Part shown: positions 40,182-50,163 of the stretch, piece after piece
How the letters are laid out: each line of letters begins with the position of its first letter
How positions within the stretch are numbered: position 1 is the stretch's first letter
Source of the DNA: Cellulomonas sp.
GTDB lineage: Bacteria; Actinomycetota; Actinomycetes; Actinomycetales; Cellulomonadaceae
Direction of reading: 5' to 3'
NCBI RefSeq assembly: GCF_965229465.1
Contig: NZ_OZ245882.1
Location: forward strand, 2,454,494-2,518,493
DNA: 64,000 nt
The notes under the pieces: model-generated
Database searches by the model: none
Told to the model about the DNA's origin: nothing
The model's input: the letters and a program-made list of their open reading frames with translations, nothing else
Made by a program: the position numbers and the translations under genes

Positions 40182-41807
40182 ATGACAGAACTCCCCCGCC
40201 TGGAGCGAGCAAGCGCCCACACGAGGCTGATCGTGGACGGCTCACCGTTCCTCTGCCTCGGCGGCGAGCTCCGCAACTCCAGCGCGTCTGATCCCGTGCA
40301 CATGGCACCCATCTGGCGCGCGCTCGGGAGGTCCGGAGTGAACTCGATCATCGCTCCCGTGGGGTGGGACCAGGTGGAGCCGTCCGAGGGTGAGTTCGAC
40401 TTCAGCGTGGTGGACGAGCTGCTCGCGGGTGCACGCTCGGCGGGTGTCCGCCTCGTCCTCATCTGGTTCGGTGCCTACAAGAACGCCCTGTCCACCTATG
40501 CACCGACGTGGGTTCGCCAGGACTCCGCCCGGTTCGAGCGAGCCGACCGGGGACCGTCCCCCGTGAGGGCTCCCTTCACGTACGAGGGATCGATGCCTCG
40601 CCCCACCCTGTCGGTGTTCTCCGGGCCTCTGCGAGAAGCGGACGAGGCAGCCTATGGAGCGCTGATGGAGCACCTCGCTCGGGTGGACGGAGATCACACC
40701 GTCGTCATGATGCAGGTGGAGAACGAGGTCGGGCTCTTGGGATCGAGCCGCGACAGTTCCGCCGCCGCGCAGCTCGCCTGGCAGTCGCCCGTTCCTGAGG
40801 CACTCGTCGAGGCCGTGGCGAACGAGCCCGCCGCCTTCCACGACGACGTCGTCGATCTGTTCGGTCGGTCGCGCCCGGGCGGGGCATCCTGGCAGGAGCG
40901 ATTCGGCGACGACGATCCACTGGCCGATGAGGTCTTCATGGCGTGGGGGTTCGCCAGCTATGTCGGTGCCCTGGCGGCGAAGGGCAAGCAGATCAAGGCG
41001 CTACCTGTGTATGCGAACGCCTGGCTCGGCCCCCAACCGGGTCAGGACATGCCGGGCCAGTATCCCAGCGGTGGTCCGACGGCACGGATGAGCGGGGTGT
41101 GGCGCGTCGCCGGACCGGCTCTCGATTTCGTCGCACCCGACATCTACGTCTCCGACAGCGAGTCGGTCATGCGCGGCTACACGTCGGGGATCAACCCGCT
41201 CTTCATCCCCGAGGCGCGTGTTCTGACCGGTGACGCCTTCCGCGCGTTCGGTGCTTTCCACGCCATGGGGTACCACGTCTTCGGCATCGACGACGTTCGG
41301 GAAGAAAGCCAGCTGTACGACGCGTTCCGGAAGCTTCTCGCGCTCGCCCCGCAGATCCTCGACGCCCAGCGGGACGATCGCGTGATGGGATTCGCGCTGG
41401 ATCCGGGGACGGATGCGGCCACCGCCCGGCTCGGGTCGACGACCGTCACCGTGCGAAGCGCGCCGAAGCTCCTCGCCGACATGCTGCTCGATGCGGGTGT
41501 CCGGCTGCCGGAGCCGGCCCCGCATCCCGACGAGACTCTGCCGAGCGCCCACGCGCCCTCCCCGGGAGACTCGCGACCGTTCGGAATCATCGTGGAAACC
41601 GGAGATCTCGAATACATCGCACTGGGACGGCAGGCGATGATCGACTTCAGCCGGGAGGGTTCTTTGCTCGAGATCGACAGCCTGCGGGAGCTTCGCCTTC
41701 ACGACGGCGCCTGGGTCGAGGGCCGCATCCTCAACGGAGACGAACGGCTGATGATCCTCGGCGCACACGGGGTGTCGGCCGTGAGGATCACGCTGATCGA
41801 GCGGTAA
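40182..41807 (+). CDS. GH35-like beta-galactosidase (DUF5597 type)
   Basis: GGELRNSS, EPSEGEFDFS, WFGAYKN, QVENE, YPSGGP and APDIY motifs; SD GAAGGAG. Confidence 0.8.
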   Translation: MTELPRLERASAHTRLIVDGSPFLCLGGELRNSSASDPVHMAPIWRALGRSGVNSIIAPVGWDQVEPSEGEFDFSVVDELLAGARSAGVRLVLIWFGAYKNALSTYAPTWVRQDSARFERADRGPSPVRAPFTYEGSMPRPTLSVFSGPLREADEAAYGALMEHLARVDGDHTVVMMQVENEVGLLGSSRDSSAAAQLAWQSPVPEALVEAVANEPAAFHDDVVDLFGRSRPGGASWQERFGDDDPLADEVFMAWGFASYVGALAAKGKQIKALPVYANAWLGPQPGQDMPGQYPSGGPTARMSGVWRVAGPALDFVAPDIYVSDSESVMRGYTSGINPLFIPEARVLTGDAFRAFGAFHAMGYHVFGIDDVREESQLYDAFRKLLALAPQILDAQRDDRVMGFALDPGTDAATARLGSTTVTVRSAPKLLADMLLDAGVRLPEPAPHPDETLPSAHAPSPGDSRPFGIIVETGDLEYIALGRQAMIDFSREGSLLEIDSLRELRLHDGAWVEGRILNGDERLMILGAHGVSAVRITLIER

Positions 41808-41933
41808 GTGGGCTTCGGCACGACGTGGTGAACGCTCCTGGAGCCGACACTGGCCGGTCGCTCCTGATCCTTGGGACCGCGACGACATCACCCCGGCACT
41901 CGGGTCCACGTCACGAGCCGTCGCGCGGCACCC

Positions 41934-44225
41934 TCACGGGCGCAGGGCGTAGATGGTTCCGCTTGCCACGATGACGTCCGTCCACGTCGTGCCCGGAGCG
42001 AGGACCTCTGGTGCGACGTTCCCGCTGATCGTCCCGACCCATAGGGAGCTGTCCGAGCGCAGCCCCACCCAGTACGGCCACGAGATCACGACCTTGTTCC
42101 AGCTGACCGGGCTCGTGATCTTCCTGGGCAGCCAGGCGTTCGGGAGGTCGCCACCGTTGTGGACCGAGGACCAGAGCCAGAGCTCCCCGGTCGTGGTGAG
42201 CGCCGAGTAGAAGTAGTCGTCGGAGTCGACGCTCGCCCAGTTGGTGGCAGTGCCGATCTGCTCCGGGCCGCCGAAGTCGGCGCCGGATACCGAGCTCAGG
42301 CGCTGGCCCCACTGCCACAGGGTTCCGTCCTCCCGGACGCCGACCCCCGTGTTCCAGCCGGCAGTGACGGACTTCCACAGGCTCGTGCCCACTCTCACGG
42401 GGACGGAGCCGCTCTCCCTGCTCGGGTCACCCAGGACGCCGGAGTAGCCGTTGCTTCCCCACGACCAGAGTGCGCCTTCGGCGGTGAGTCCGTACGTGTA
42501 GCCCGATCCGCCCTCGATGTCCTGCCAGGTGCTGCCCTGCGGTGCAGGGACGGCCGTGGGGGTCCAGACGTCGCGGTCGGCGCTGGGGCCACCGTTGCCC
42601 AGCTGACCGCTCCCGTTGTCTCCCCAGCCGTGCAGGCCGCCGGGCTCGAACATCGCGAACGAGTTGTTGGGCGCGGCGAAGATCGATGACACGGCGTGCT
42701 TCGTCCCGGTCCCGGGAACCCACGTCGGCGTCTGCGTCGTCTCGGTCGCGCCGGTGCCCAGCAGGAACCCGGTACCCCAGGTCCACAGGGAGCCGTCCGA
42801 CCGACGAGCCAGCGCGTGCTGCGATCGTGCGTCGACCGAGGTCCACCACGACTCGGTGCCGACCTGGACCGGGCCGCTGCGCTGCGCGACGGTGTCACCC
42901 CAGGTCTCGAACCAGAAGTCCCACCGGAAGACCCGGTTGCCGGCGGTGGTGGGGTTCGTGGCGACGACGGTCGCCGGCGACGGTGCCGGTAGCCCAGCCC
43001 CGGGCTTCGACGCCGCGGTCACGGTGTGCGTCCCTACCGTGAACGGACCGCACACCGCCGCGCACGCGGTTCCGTCGAGCGCAGCGGTCATCGATCCGGT
43101 CACGTCGAACGGGTTCCCGTACGCGTCCGAGGCGGAGACCGTCACGGACGTCGAGGCCCCGGCCGGGATGGCACCCCCGCCGGGAGAGGTCAGACCGGTC
43201 ACCTGGAGGTGCGTGGCGGTGGCCGGGCCGTGCTCGACCAGGAGGGAGGTCGAGCTGGTGAACCCTGCCCAGGCCGCCGTGACGGTGTGGTTGCCGACGG
43301 CGGGCGCCGAGCAGGCGCTCGCCGCGCACGTGCCGCCCGTGATCGTGAACGTCGTCTGCGCCGTGACGTCCATGAGGCTGACCCCGTCGAAGACCCCGGT
43401 CGCGGTGAACGGGACGGGCGCCCCCGCCGTGGTCACCGCGCCGCCGGAGATCCGAACCTCCGAGGGCTTCGGCTGCGCCTTCGCGATGACGAGGGCCCAG
43501 TACTCGTCGCTGGCGACGATGCCGCCGATGATCTCCTCGTCGTGCGTGCCACGCTGCAGCAGGCCGACCCACGTCCCCTGCCCGGTGGGGTCGAGGCCAC
43601 GACCCAGCAGGTCCCGGTAGTACCCGTCGACGACCGCCGACAGATGCTCGGTCGACAGCAGGATCCCCAGAGCGGTCGACGCCCGCGTCACGCCGTTGTG
43701 GCCCAACCGGGCGGCCCACCACTGTGCCTCGGAGTCCGCCGCCGACCGGCCGAGCACGTCCCGGTACATCGACCGCACCCACCGGACCGGGTCGTTCCCG
43801 TTGGCCGCGTAGTACTCCTCCGAGGAGATGAACCCCGAGTCGATCTGCGCGATCGTGGCACCGCGCGCCATCTGATCCACCCAGAACCGCAACCCCGCCG
43901 GTTCCGGCCCACGCCCCAGGTAGGACACATAGGCCTGGGCGACCAGCCCGGAACGGAACTCCACGCTGTGCGTGATCGCGTTGGCCACCGCCTGGCGCGG
44001 GGCACCGTTGCGCAGCTGTGCCGTCCACATCGCCAAGCCTTCCGGGTCCGGGTCCCGGTGGAAGAGCGAGTGGTAGACGCCGGTCACGTAGTCCCGCAGC
44101 GCGAAGTCGTCCGCGGCCGCCGCCGGCTCGGTCGCGACCGAGCCGAGACCGAGCACACACGCCACAGCACCCAACGACGCGACGGCACGCACCCAGGCGC
44201 GCCGCGAGACCTGGCGGATCGACAC
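41934..44225 (-). CDS. Secreted surface protein: DUF4214 repeats, Ig-like linker, RCC1-like propeller
   Basis: Signal peptide; three Y..L.R.PD..GL..W repeats; RSDGSLWTWG, WGDNGSGQLG and LTAEGALWSWG repeats. Confidence 0.8.
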   Translation of the reverse strand: MSIRQVSRRAWVRAVASLGAVACVLGLGSVATEPAAAADDFALRDYVTGVYHSLFHRDPDPEGLAMWTAQLRNGAPRQAVANAITHSVEFRSGLVAQAYVSYLGRGPEPAGLRFWVDQMARGATIAQIDSGFISSEEYYAANGNDPVRWVRSMYRDVLGRSAADSEAQWWAARLGHNGVTRASTALGILLSTEHLSAVVDGYYRDLLGRGLDPTGQGTWVGLLQRGTHDEEIIGGIVASDEYWALVIAKAQPKPSEVRISGGAVTTAGAPVPFTATGVFDGVSLMDVTAQTTFTITGGTCAASACSAPAVGNHTVTAAWAGFTSSTSLLVEHGPATATHLQVTGLTSPGGGAIPAGASTSVTVSASDAYGNPFDVTGSMTAALDGTACAAVCGPFTVGTHTVTAASKPGAGLPAPSPATVVATNPTTAGNRVFRWDFWFETWGDTVAQRSGPVQVGTESWWTSVDARSQHALARRSDGSLWTWGTGFLLGTGATETTQTPTWVPGTGTKHAVSSIFAAPNNSFAMFEPGGLHGWGDNGSGQLGNGGPSADRDVWTPTAVPAPQGSTWQDIEGGSGYTYGLTAEGALWSWGSNGYSGVLGDPSRESGSVPVRVGTSLWKSVTAGWNTGVGVREDGTLWQWGQRLSSVSGADFGGPEQIGTATNWASVDSDDYFYSALTTTGELWLWSSVHNGGDLPNAWLPRKITSPVSWNKVVISWPYWVGLRSDSSLWVGTISGNVAPEVLAPGTTWTDVIVASGTIYALRP

Positions 44226-44395
44226 AACTGCCCCCTGCGACGTCGGTGCGCTGAAGATAGCGCTCGCTACCGGCGATCACGCAGCCCCGAAAGGGTGACG
44301 GCGCCGCGGTCCTGAACCTTGTCCGTCGTGCAACGCTCGGCAGTCGGCCGGACATGTGGGCAGCATCGGGTCTCGTCGTCGTCGGAAAGGGCCTC

Positions 44396-44959
44396 ATGAC
44401 CTCGCCGGAGGAGCGCTTCGCAGCGCTGTTCGACGCCACGCACCGCGCACTGCTCGCCTACGCCGTCCGACGCGTCGCGGACCCGGCCGACGCAGCCGAC
44501 GTCGTCGCCGAGACCTATCTCGTCGCCTGGAGACGGCTCGAGGACGTCCCGCCCGACGACCAGGCGCGGCCGTGGCTGTTCGGAGTCGCGCGCCGGGTGC
44601 TGGCGAACTACTACCGAGGCGAGCGCCGGCGGCACGCTCTCGCCGACAGGCTCCGCGACAGCCTCACCGCCATCGCGCCTCCGCCCGTCGACCTCAGCGA
44701 CGTGACCGCCGCGCTGGATCGGCTCGGTGACGATGACCGCGAGCTGCTGCGCCTCGTCGCGTGGGAAGACCTGGCGCGCGACGAGATCGCGGTCGCCCTC
44801 GGCGTCTCGCGCGCCACGGTCCGGGTCCGACTGCACCGAGCCCGCCAGCGGCTCCTCCGTGAGATGAGCGCCCTCGCGGACGAGCAACGAGTGGCGCCAT
44901 CCGGACACGTAGGGGATGGATGGGCACCCGCCCGTCCCGAGGTGGAGGAGGTCCGATGA
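44396..44959 (+). CDS. ECF sigma factor
   Basis: AADVVAETYLVAWRR, PWLFGVARRVLAN and EIAVALGVSRATVRVRLHRAR motifs. Confidence 0.92.
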   Translation: MTSPEERFAALFDATHRALLAYAVRRVADPADAADVVAETYLVAWRRLEDVPPDDQARPWLFGVARRVLANYYRGERRRHALADRLRDSLTAIAPPPVDLSDVTAALDRLGDDDRELLRLVAWEDLARDEIAVALGVSRATVRVRLHRARQRLLREMSALADEQRVAPSGHVGDGWAPARPEVEEVR

Positions 44960-45930
44960 CACACGACGACGTGATCGCGCAGCTGCGCAGCGCCGACCCG
45001 GTCGCCGGGCTGGACCTGTCGCACCTCGACCCAGGCGCCGTCCGCGCCCTGCGTCAAGGAATCACGATGACCGAACGAGACTCCTCCTCCACCGCGCGTC
45101 GGCGCCGCCTCGGCCGTCGCGGCACGCTCATCGCGGGCCTGAGCATCGCGCTCGTCGGCGGCGGCTCCGCCTACGCCGTGCACCAGCAGTGGTTCGGCGG
45201 CCTCGTGGACGGCCCGAACTGTCAGAGCGTCTGGAACGAGACCGCGGCCGGCGTCGCGATGGTCTCCGGACCGGACCTCACCGGCGACCCCGTCGCCGAC
45301 TGCGACATCTACCGTGGCCAGGCGGGCCTTCCACCCCTCACGGATCCCGTCGCGTTCGAGTACGGCGACGTGGTCTTCGTGACCCCACGCGACCAGGTTC
45401 CCGAGGGTGCCGAGCCGCTCGAGGTGTCCCCGACCGCCGGCGCCGAGCGGGAGCTGCGGGCCTCCATGAGGGACTGGGTCGACGGCGGCTCGTCCCACTG
45501 CTTCTCGACGTCCGAGGCGGAGGAGTTCGCGCACGCCGAGCTCGACCGTCTGGACCTGACCGGGTGGACTGTCGTCACCGACGACGTCCCCGACGCCGAC
45601 GAGCTCCCTCCCGGCATGGAGTGCGCCGCGCTCGACATGCTCGACCCCGCCAGCCACACCATCGATGTGCTGCCCCTCCGCGCCGAGGACTGGGAAGTCA
45701 CCGCCGGTCCGATCACGTCCGGCATCCGCACCGCGCTTCGCGTGGGCATTGCTCAGACGTGCGTGAGCCTGGGGGATGCCCTCGCGGTCGCGGAGGCTGC
45801 CCTCGGCACCGAGCACCACTGGCCGACGACCGGCGTCCCCGACGAGGGCGTGGACTGCGCCCGGGTCGACATGGAGGTCGGAGGCAGCATGCAGATCACG
45901 ATCCACGGACCAGCCATCGCGCGCCCCTGA
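44956..45930 (+). CDS. Putative membrane-anchored anti-sigma factor
   Basis: ATGA overlap with the sigma gene; LRSADP N-terminus, single TM, Cys-containing extracellular domain. Confidence 0.7.
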   Translation: MTHDDVIAQLRSADPVAGLDLSHLDPGAVRALRQGITMTERDSSSTARRRRLGRRGTLIAGLSIALVGGGSAYAVHQQWFGGLVDGPNCQSVWNETAAGVAMVSGPDLTGDPVADCDIYRGQAGLPPLTDPVAFEYGDVVFVTPRDQVPEGAEPLEVSPTAGAERELRASMRDWVDGGSSHCFSTSEAEEFAHAELDRLDLTGWTVVTDDVPDADELPPGMECAALDMLDPASHTIDVLPLRAEDWEVTAGPITSGIRTALRVGIAQTCVSLGDALAVAEAALGTEHHWPTTGVPDEGVDCARVDMEVGGSMQITIHGPAIARP

Positions 45931-45957
45931 CGGCTCGCCGGCGCGGATCGGTCGCTG

Positions 45958-46368
45958 CTACGCGAGGAAGTCGCCCCAGCGGACGGACTCCTCGACGAGC
46001 AGGAGGACCCGCCCGTCCTCGCTGCGGTACTCAGCGATGCTGCCGTAGGCCTTCTTCGTCCGTCGGATCTGCGGACGGCCCTCGGCGACCATGCGCGCCA
46101 CCTCGGCCTCGTCGAACCAGGTGAGCCCGCAGTAGCCGTTGCAGCCGCAGGGGTCCCAGGCGACCTGCGCGCCCGCGGCTGCGGCGTCGAAGGCGGCAGC
46201 GGACGAGATGTCGTGCGCGGCGACGGTGTAGGCGCGTCCGCCCGGGGCGACCACCGTGCCGTCGGCGTGCACGCCGGGCTTGTCTGCCCCGGGGTCAGGG
46301 GTCGCCGGCGTCGCCTTGACCGCGTCCACGATCTCGCTGAACGAGGGCTGACGGCGCCGCGTGACCAT
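45958..46368 (-). CDS. Hypothetical protein with CxCxxxC motif
   Basis: DPCGCNGYCG; host-like codon usage. Confidence 0.6.
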   Translation of the reverse strand: MVTRRRQPSFSEIVDAVKATPATPDPGADKPGVHADGTVVAPGGRAYTVAAHDISSAAAFDAAAAGAQVAWDPCGCNGYCGLTWFDEAEVARMVAEGRPQIRRTKKAYGSIAEYRSEDGRVLLLVEESVRWGDFLA

Positions 46369-46652
46369 GCCGCCAGTATCCCCGGGCGGTCGCGGCGAGG
46401 CTGCTCCGTTGTCGAGCATGGGCGGGTCGATGGGCCTGTGCGATGAACTCGGGACACCGCCGCGGAGACTGGTGTGTTGGCCACCGTTGCCGGGCAGGCG
46501 TACCGGAATGAGCTGATGTCCGAGGCGTCGAGGCCGACCAAGTCGGAGGTTCCGTCGTGCGGACCCGACAACCGCGACCGTCGAAAAGGTCTGGCCCCGG
46601 ACTCAGGCGTCGGCTCGCACGGCTCAGCTGAACGGGGTCTAGGCTCCGCTTT

Positions 46653-47135
46653 GTGGATCCCGCGCTGGCAGGCCTGATCGGTGTGATTGTCGGTGCCGCC
46701 GTTACTGGGGGAACCAGTTTCTACTTGGCGCGAAGAAATGAGCGCTCCGAGCTCCGAGCAGCGATGCGGCTGATCTGCACCGACCTGTACAAGGTTTCCG
46801 CTGTGACTCTGGAGGTGCGCACCACGGGCGAATGGGGACCCGAACGAGGTCCACTGCCCACCAGGGCATTCGACGTCTATGACGCAGCCCTGGCCCGAGC
46901 CCTCCCGCCCAAATTGTGGAAGCGGGTGGAGGGCTCGGTTCTCGGCGTTCTGCGGCTTGATGCGATTCGCGCGTCCCTGCTCGAGGAGGATCGTGATGCG
47001 ACCGCCAAGGAGAAGGCGGACGCCGTCCGGATCTGCGGATTCATCGAGATGACTCTCGCGCAGCTCGACGGCGAAGCCTGGGCGATCGACCGGTCGGATC
47101 GTGCAGAGCAGGCGTCGGTCGGATCCGAGACATGA
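46653..47135 (+). CDS. Hypothetical single-pass membrane protein
   Basis: N-terminal TM (AGLIGVIVGAAVTGG) followed by a helical domain. Confidence 0.65.
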   Translation: MDPALAGLIGVIVGAAVTGGTSFYLARRNERSELRAAMRLICTDLYKVSAVTLEVRTTGEWGPERGPLPTRAFDVYDAALARALPPKLWKRVEGSVLGVLRLDAIRASLLEEDRDATAKEKADAVRICGFIEMTLAQLDGEAWAIDRSDRAEQASVGSET

Positions 47136-47575
47136 GTCCGCTCAGGCTCGGTGAGCTGCATGACCTGCTTACCAGCGACATCCGAGTTCATCTCGATCGG
47201 GAGCAGGTGCTGGCACTCGATCCGGAGGTCACGCTCTCGGCCGGGCAGGCAGGCCGGCTGGCCGCGTCCGTCGTCCCTCCGTGGTTCTTCGATGGCCGAG
47301 AATGCGTCGACTTCGATGTGCCTGGCAGCGTGAGCCACACATTTGAGTGGGTAGCGAGGCACTCCAGCATCGACGCTTCTGTCGACCGCGTTCCCCCCGG
47401 GCCGCTGGCAGTGCCGTGCTATCGGATTGACGAGCGCATTCTTTGCCTGGACGGGAACCATCGGCTCCTCGCTCTGGTGCGACGACGACCGCAAGCAGTC
47501 GTCGTCACGCTGACCATTGAGGGACCGACCGACCCGAGACTGCTTCCCGACCTCGTCCACTTCGCCGCCGCCTAG
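47132..47575 (+). CDS. Hypothetical protein with ParB/sulfiredoxin-like motif
   Basis: CLDGNHRLLAL; ATGA overlap with the upstream gene. Confidence 0.55.
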   Translation: MSPLRLGELHDLLTSDIRVHLDREQVLALDPEVTLSAGQAGRLAASVVPPWFFDGRECVDFDVPGSVSHTFEWVARHSSIDASVDRVPPGPLAVPCYRIDERILCLDGNHRLLALVRRRPQAVVVTLTIEGPTDPRLLPDLVHFAAA

Positions 47576-47931
47576 GGACTACCTCGCCTGCGCACCGCGC
47601 CCCGTAGAAACGCTCGACCAAGTCTGCCCGAGCCGGAATCGAAAGCCTGCGGCACCGAACACACGCGTCACCGTCTGCCCGTGCGAGGTACTCGGCGGTA
47701 GGCTCCCAAATGCTCCGGCGATCACGCCGGACCATGACCGTGCCGCGCGGTGTTCACGAGGAAGCCCGGCGGCGTGTCACCGTCGGCGTCGGTGCCGGAC
47801 CGCGTGCCCCGCACGCGGGGATGCTGCGCGGTGACCGATCCGAGCGCCCCGGCCCGAGCCTGTGGCCCGGCGCTCGTTGCACGACGCTCGGCGCCGCAGT
47901 CGCGGTGCGCGATGCTGGCGAAGGAGGAGAC

Positions 47932-50079
47932 GTGGCTCGACCAGGCCAACGCGGGTCCGGTCGCGCGCGCACGGATCCCGGCGCTCAGCGCCGCCGCGCC
48001 CCGCGTCCCACCGAGCAGGGCATGATCCCGGTGCTCGCCGAGGTTGCCCGCGAGGTCGACCGCGCGGTGCAGCGACCGCCGACGCGCCCGGTGGTGCGCA
48101 CGAAGTTCCAGGTGGTGGCGCTGCTGGTGCGCGAGGAGCGCGCCAAGGTCAGGGCCGACGCCGACCTGACGGCGTCGCGGCGCGTCGAGCAGCTGAAGCG
48201 GCTGGACGGGGTGGCGACGATGCTGGCCAAGATCGCCGCCCGGGACACCTCGCTGCTCGCGCTGCTGGCCGAGGATGCCAAGGTCTCCGACGCGGCGCAC
48301 GCCTACAAGGCCACCCTCATGCGCGAGGGAGGGTTGGAGCCCCCGGAGGCTCCCGCGCCCGTCGCGCCTGCCGCGCCCGCGCCCGGCGTCGAGAACCGCG
48401 TGGTCCCGCGGTCGGTCATCTCGCGCCAGCTGTCGAACCCCTTCCTCGCCCCGGACTTCGAGGCGGCGGCTGCCCGGACCGCTCCGCGGACCCACCGACT
48501 GGCCGGCTGGGAGCTGCTCGAACCGCTCTTCCGGTCCTTCGAGGTCGCCGCAACCGGCGCACCCGCCTGCATGGAGCTGCCCGAGCCTCGCCCGGTGTCC
48601 GTCCCCGCGGGCCGGGCGCTGATGCCCCACCAGGCCCAGGTCGTCACCGCTGCGGCCGGCGGCCATCGCACGTTCCTGCTCGCCGACGAGCCGGGCCTCG
48701 GCAAGACCGCGCAGGCGCTGCTCGCGGCCCAGGCCGCCGACGCCTACCCGCTGCTGGTCGTCGTGCCCAACGTCGTGAAGACCAACTGGGCGCACGAGGT
48801 CGGGATGTGGACGCCGTTCCGCCGGTCCACCGTGGTCCATGGCGACGGCGACCGGATGGACGGGTTCGCGGACGTCGTGATCGTCAACTACGAGCTGCTG
48901 GACCGGCATGCCGGTTGGCTCGGCGACCACGGGTTCCGCGGGATGGTCGTCGACGAGGCGCACTTCATCAAGAACAAGACCTCCCAGCGCTCGAAGCACG
49001 TCCTCGCGATCGCCGACCGGATCCGTGCCCGCACTGCGCGGCCGCTGATGATGGCTCTCACCGGCACGCCGCTGATCAACGACATCGAGGACTTCCGGGC
49101 CATCTGGCAGTTCCTCGGCTGGATCGACGACGCCAAGCCGCTCGGCGCGCTGGTGACCGCCCTCGAGGAGTCCGGGCTCACCCCGGCCGACCGCGGGTTC
49201 TCCGCCGCAGCGCGGGCCAGCGTCATCGACATGGGCATCGTGCGTCGTCGCAAGATCGACGTGGTCGCCGACATCCCCGCCCGCCGGGTGGCGGACCTGC
49301 CGGTCGAGCTCGACGGAGCGGTCGGCCGCTCGATCCGCGCCGCCGAGGCCGCCCTGGCGACCCGGTTGGTCGAGCGCTACCGGGCTGCCGTGGAGTGGCA
49401 CACCAGCGGCGGGGCCGTGGTGGAGGGCATCGACGACCAGCTCGTCCGCCGCGTTGCCGCCGCCGAGCTCAAGGAGTCGAGCTCGCAGACCGGTGGCGAG
49501 AACGTGTTCACGATGGTCCGTCGGATCGGTCAGGCGAAGGCCGGGCTGGCCGCCGACTACGCCGCGCAGCTGGTCCGCAACGTCGGCAAGGTGGTGTTCT
49601 TCGCGAAGCACGTCGACGTGATGGACCAGGCCGAGCAGACCTTCGCCGACCGCGGGATCAAGTACGCGTCGATCCGCGGCGACCAGACGACTCGGATGCG
49701 CAACAAGAACATCGCCGCGTTCACCGACGACCCCGAGGTGCAGATCGTCGTGTGCTCCCTGATGGCCGCCGGCGTCGGGCTGAACCTCCAGGTGGCGTCC
49801 AACCTGGTGCTGGCCGAGCTGTCCTGGACCGCCGCCGAGCAGACCCAGGCCATCGACCGGATCCACCGCATCGGCCAGGACGAACCCGTCACGGCGTGGC
49901 GGATCATCGCCGCGCAGACTATCGACGCCAAGATCGCCGAGCTGATCGACAGCAAGGCGGGGCTCGCCGCTCGGGCTCTGGACGGCGCGCTCGACGAGGA
50001 CGGCGCCTCCACGGACGTGCAGCTCGAGGCGCTGGTGGGCCTGCTCACCGACGCGCTCGTCGCCGACGGCGTGGGCTGA
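47932..50079 (+). CDS. SNF2-like DEAD/DEAH helicase (HARP/SMARCAL1-type)
   Basis: LLADEPGLGKT, VVDEAHFIKN, LTGTPLIND, GVGLNL and QAIDRIHRIGQ motifs; SD AAGGAGG. Confidence 0.9.
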   Translation: MARPGQRGSGRARTDPGAQRRRAPRPTEQGMIPVLAEVAREVDRAVQRPPTRPVVRTKFQVVALLVREERAKVRADADLTASRRVEQLKRLDGVATMLAKIAARDTSLLALLAEDAKVSDAAHAYKATLMREGGLEPPEAPAPVAPAAPAPGVENRVVPRSVISRQLSNPFLAPDFEAAAARTAPRTHRLAGWELLEPLFRSFEVAATGAPACMELPEPRPVSVPAGRALMPHQAQVVTAAAGGHRTFLLADEPGLGKTAQALLAAQAADAYPLLVVVPNVVKTNWAHEVGMWTPFRRSTVVHGDGDRMDGFADVVIVNYELLDRHAGWLGDHGFRGMVVDEAHFIKNKTSQRSKHVLAIADRIRARTARPLMMALTGTPLINDIEDFRAIWQFLGWIDDAKPLGALVTALEESGLTPADRGFSAAARASVIDMGIVRRRKIDVVADIPARRVADLPVELDGAVGRSIRAAEAALATRLVERYRAAVEWHTSGGAVVEGIDDQLVRRVAAAELKESSSQTGGENVFTMVRRIGQAKAGLAADYAAQLVRNVGKVVFFAKHVDVMDQAEQTFADRGIKYASIRGDQTTRMRNKNIAAFTDDPEVQIVVCSLMAAGVGLNLQVASNLVLAELSWTAAEQTQAIDRIHRIGQDEPVTAWRIIAAQTIDAKIAELIDSKAGLAARALDGALDEDGASTDVQLEALVGLLTDALVADGVG

Positions 50080-50163
50080 GAGGCGAGAGTCCGACCGTGG
50101 GCTGACTGACGGTCCGGCTGTCGGGGGACGCGCCGGCCCACGTCGCGCGGTGACGCTGGTGCG

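Noticed and set aside
47610-47640. AAGTCTGCCCGAGCCG as a possible third degenerate att copy
   Set aside because: Only about 7 contiguous matches to the tRNA 3' end and no arm motifs nearby; likely chance.
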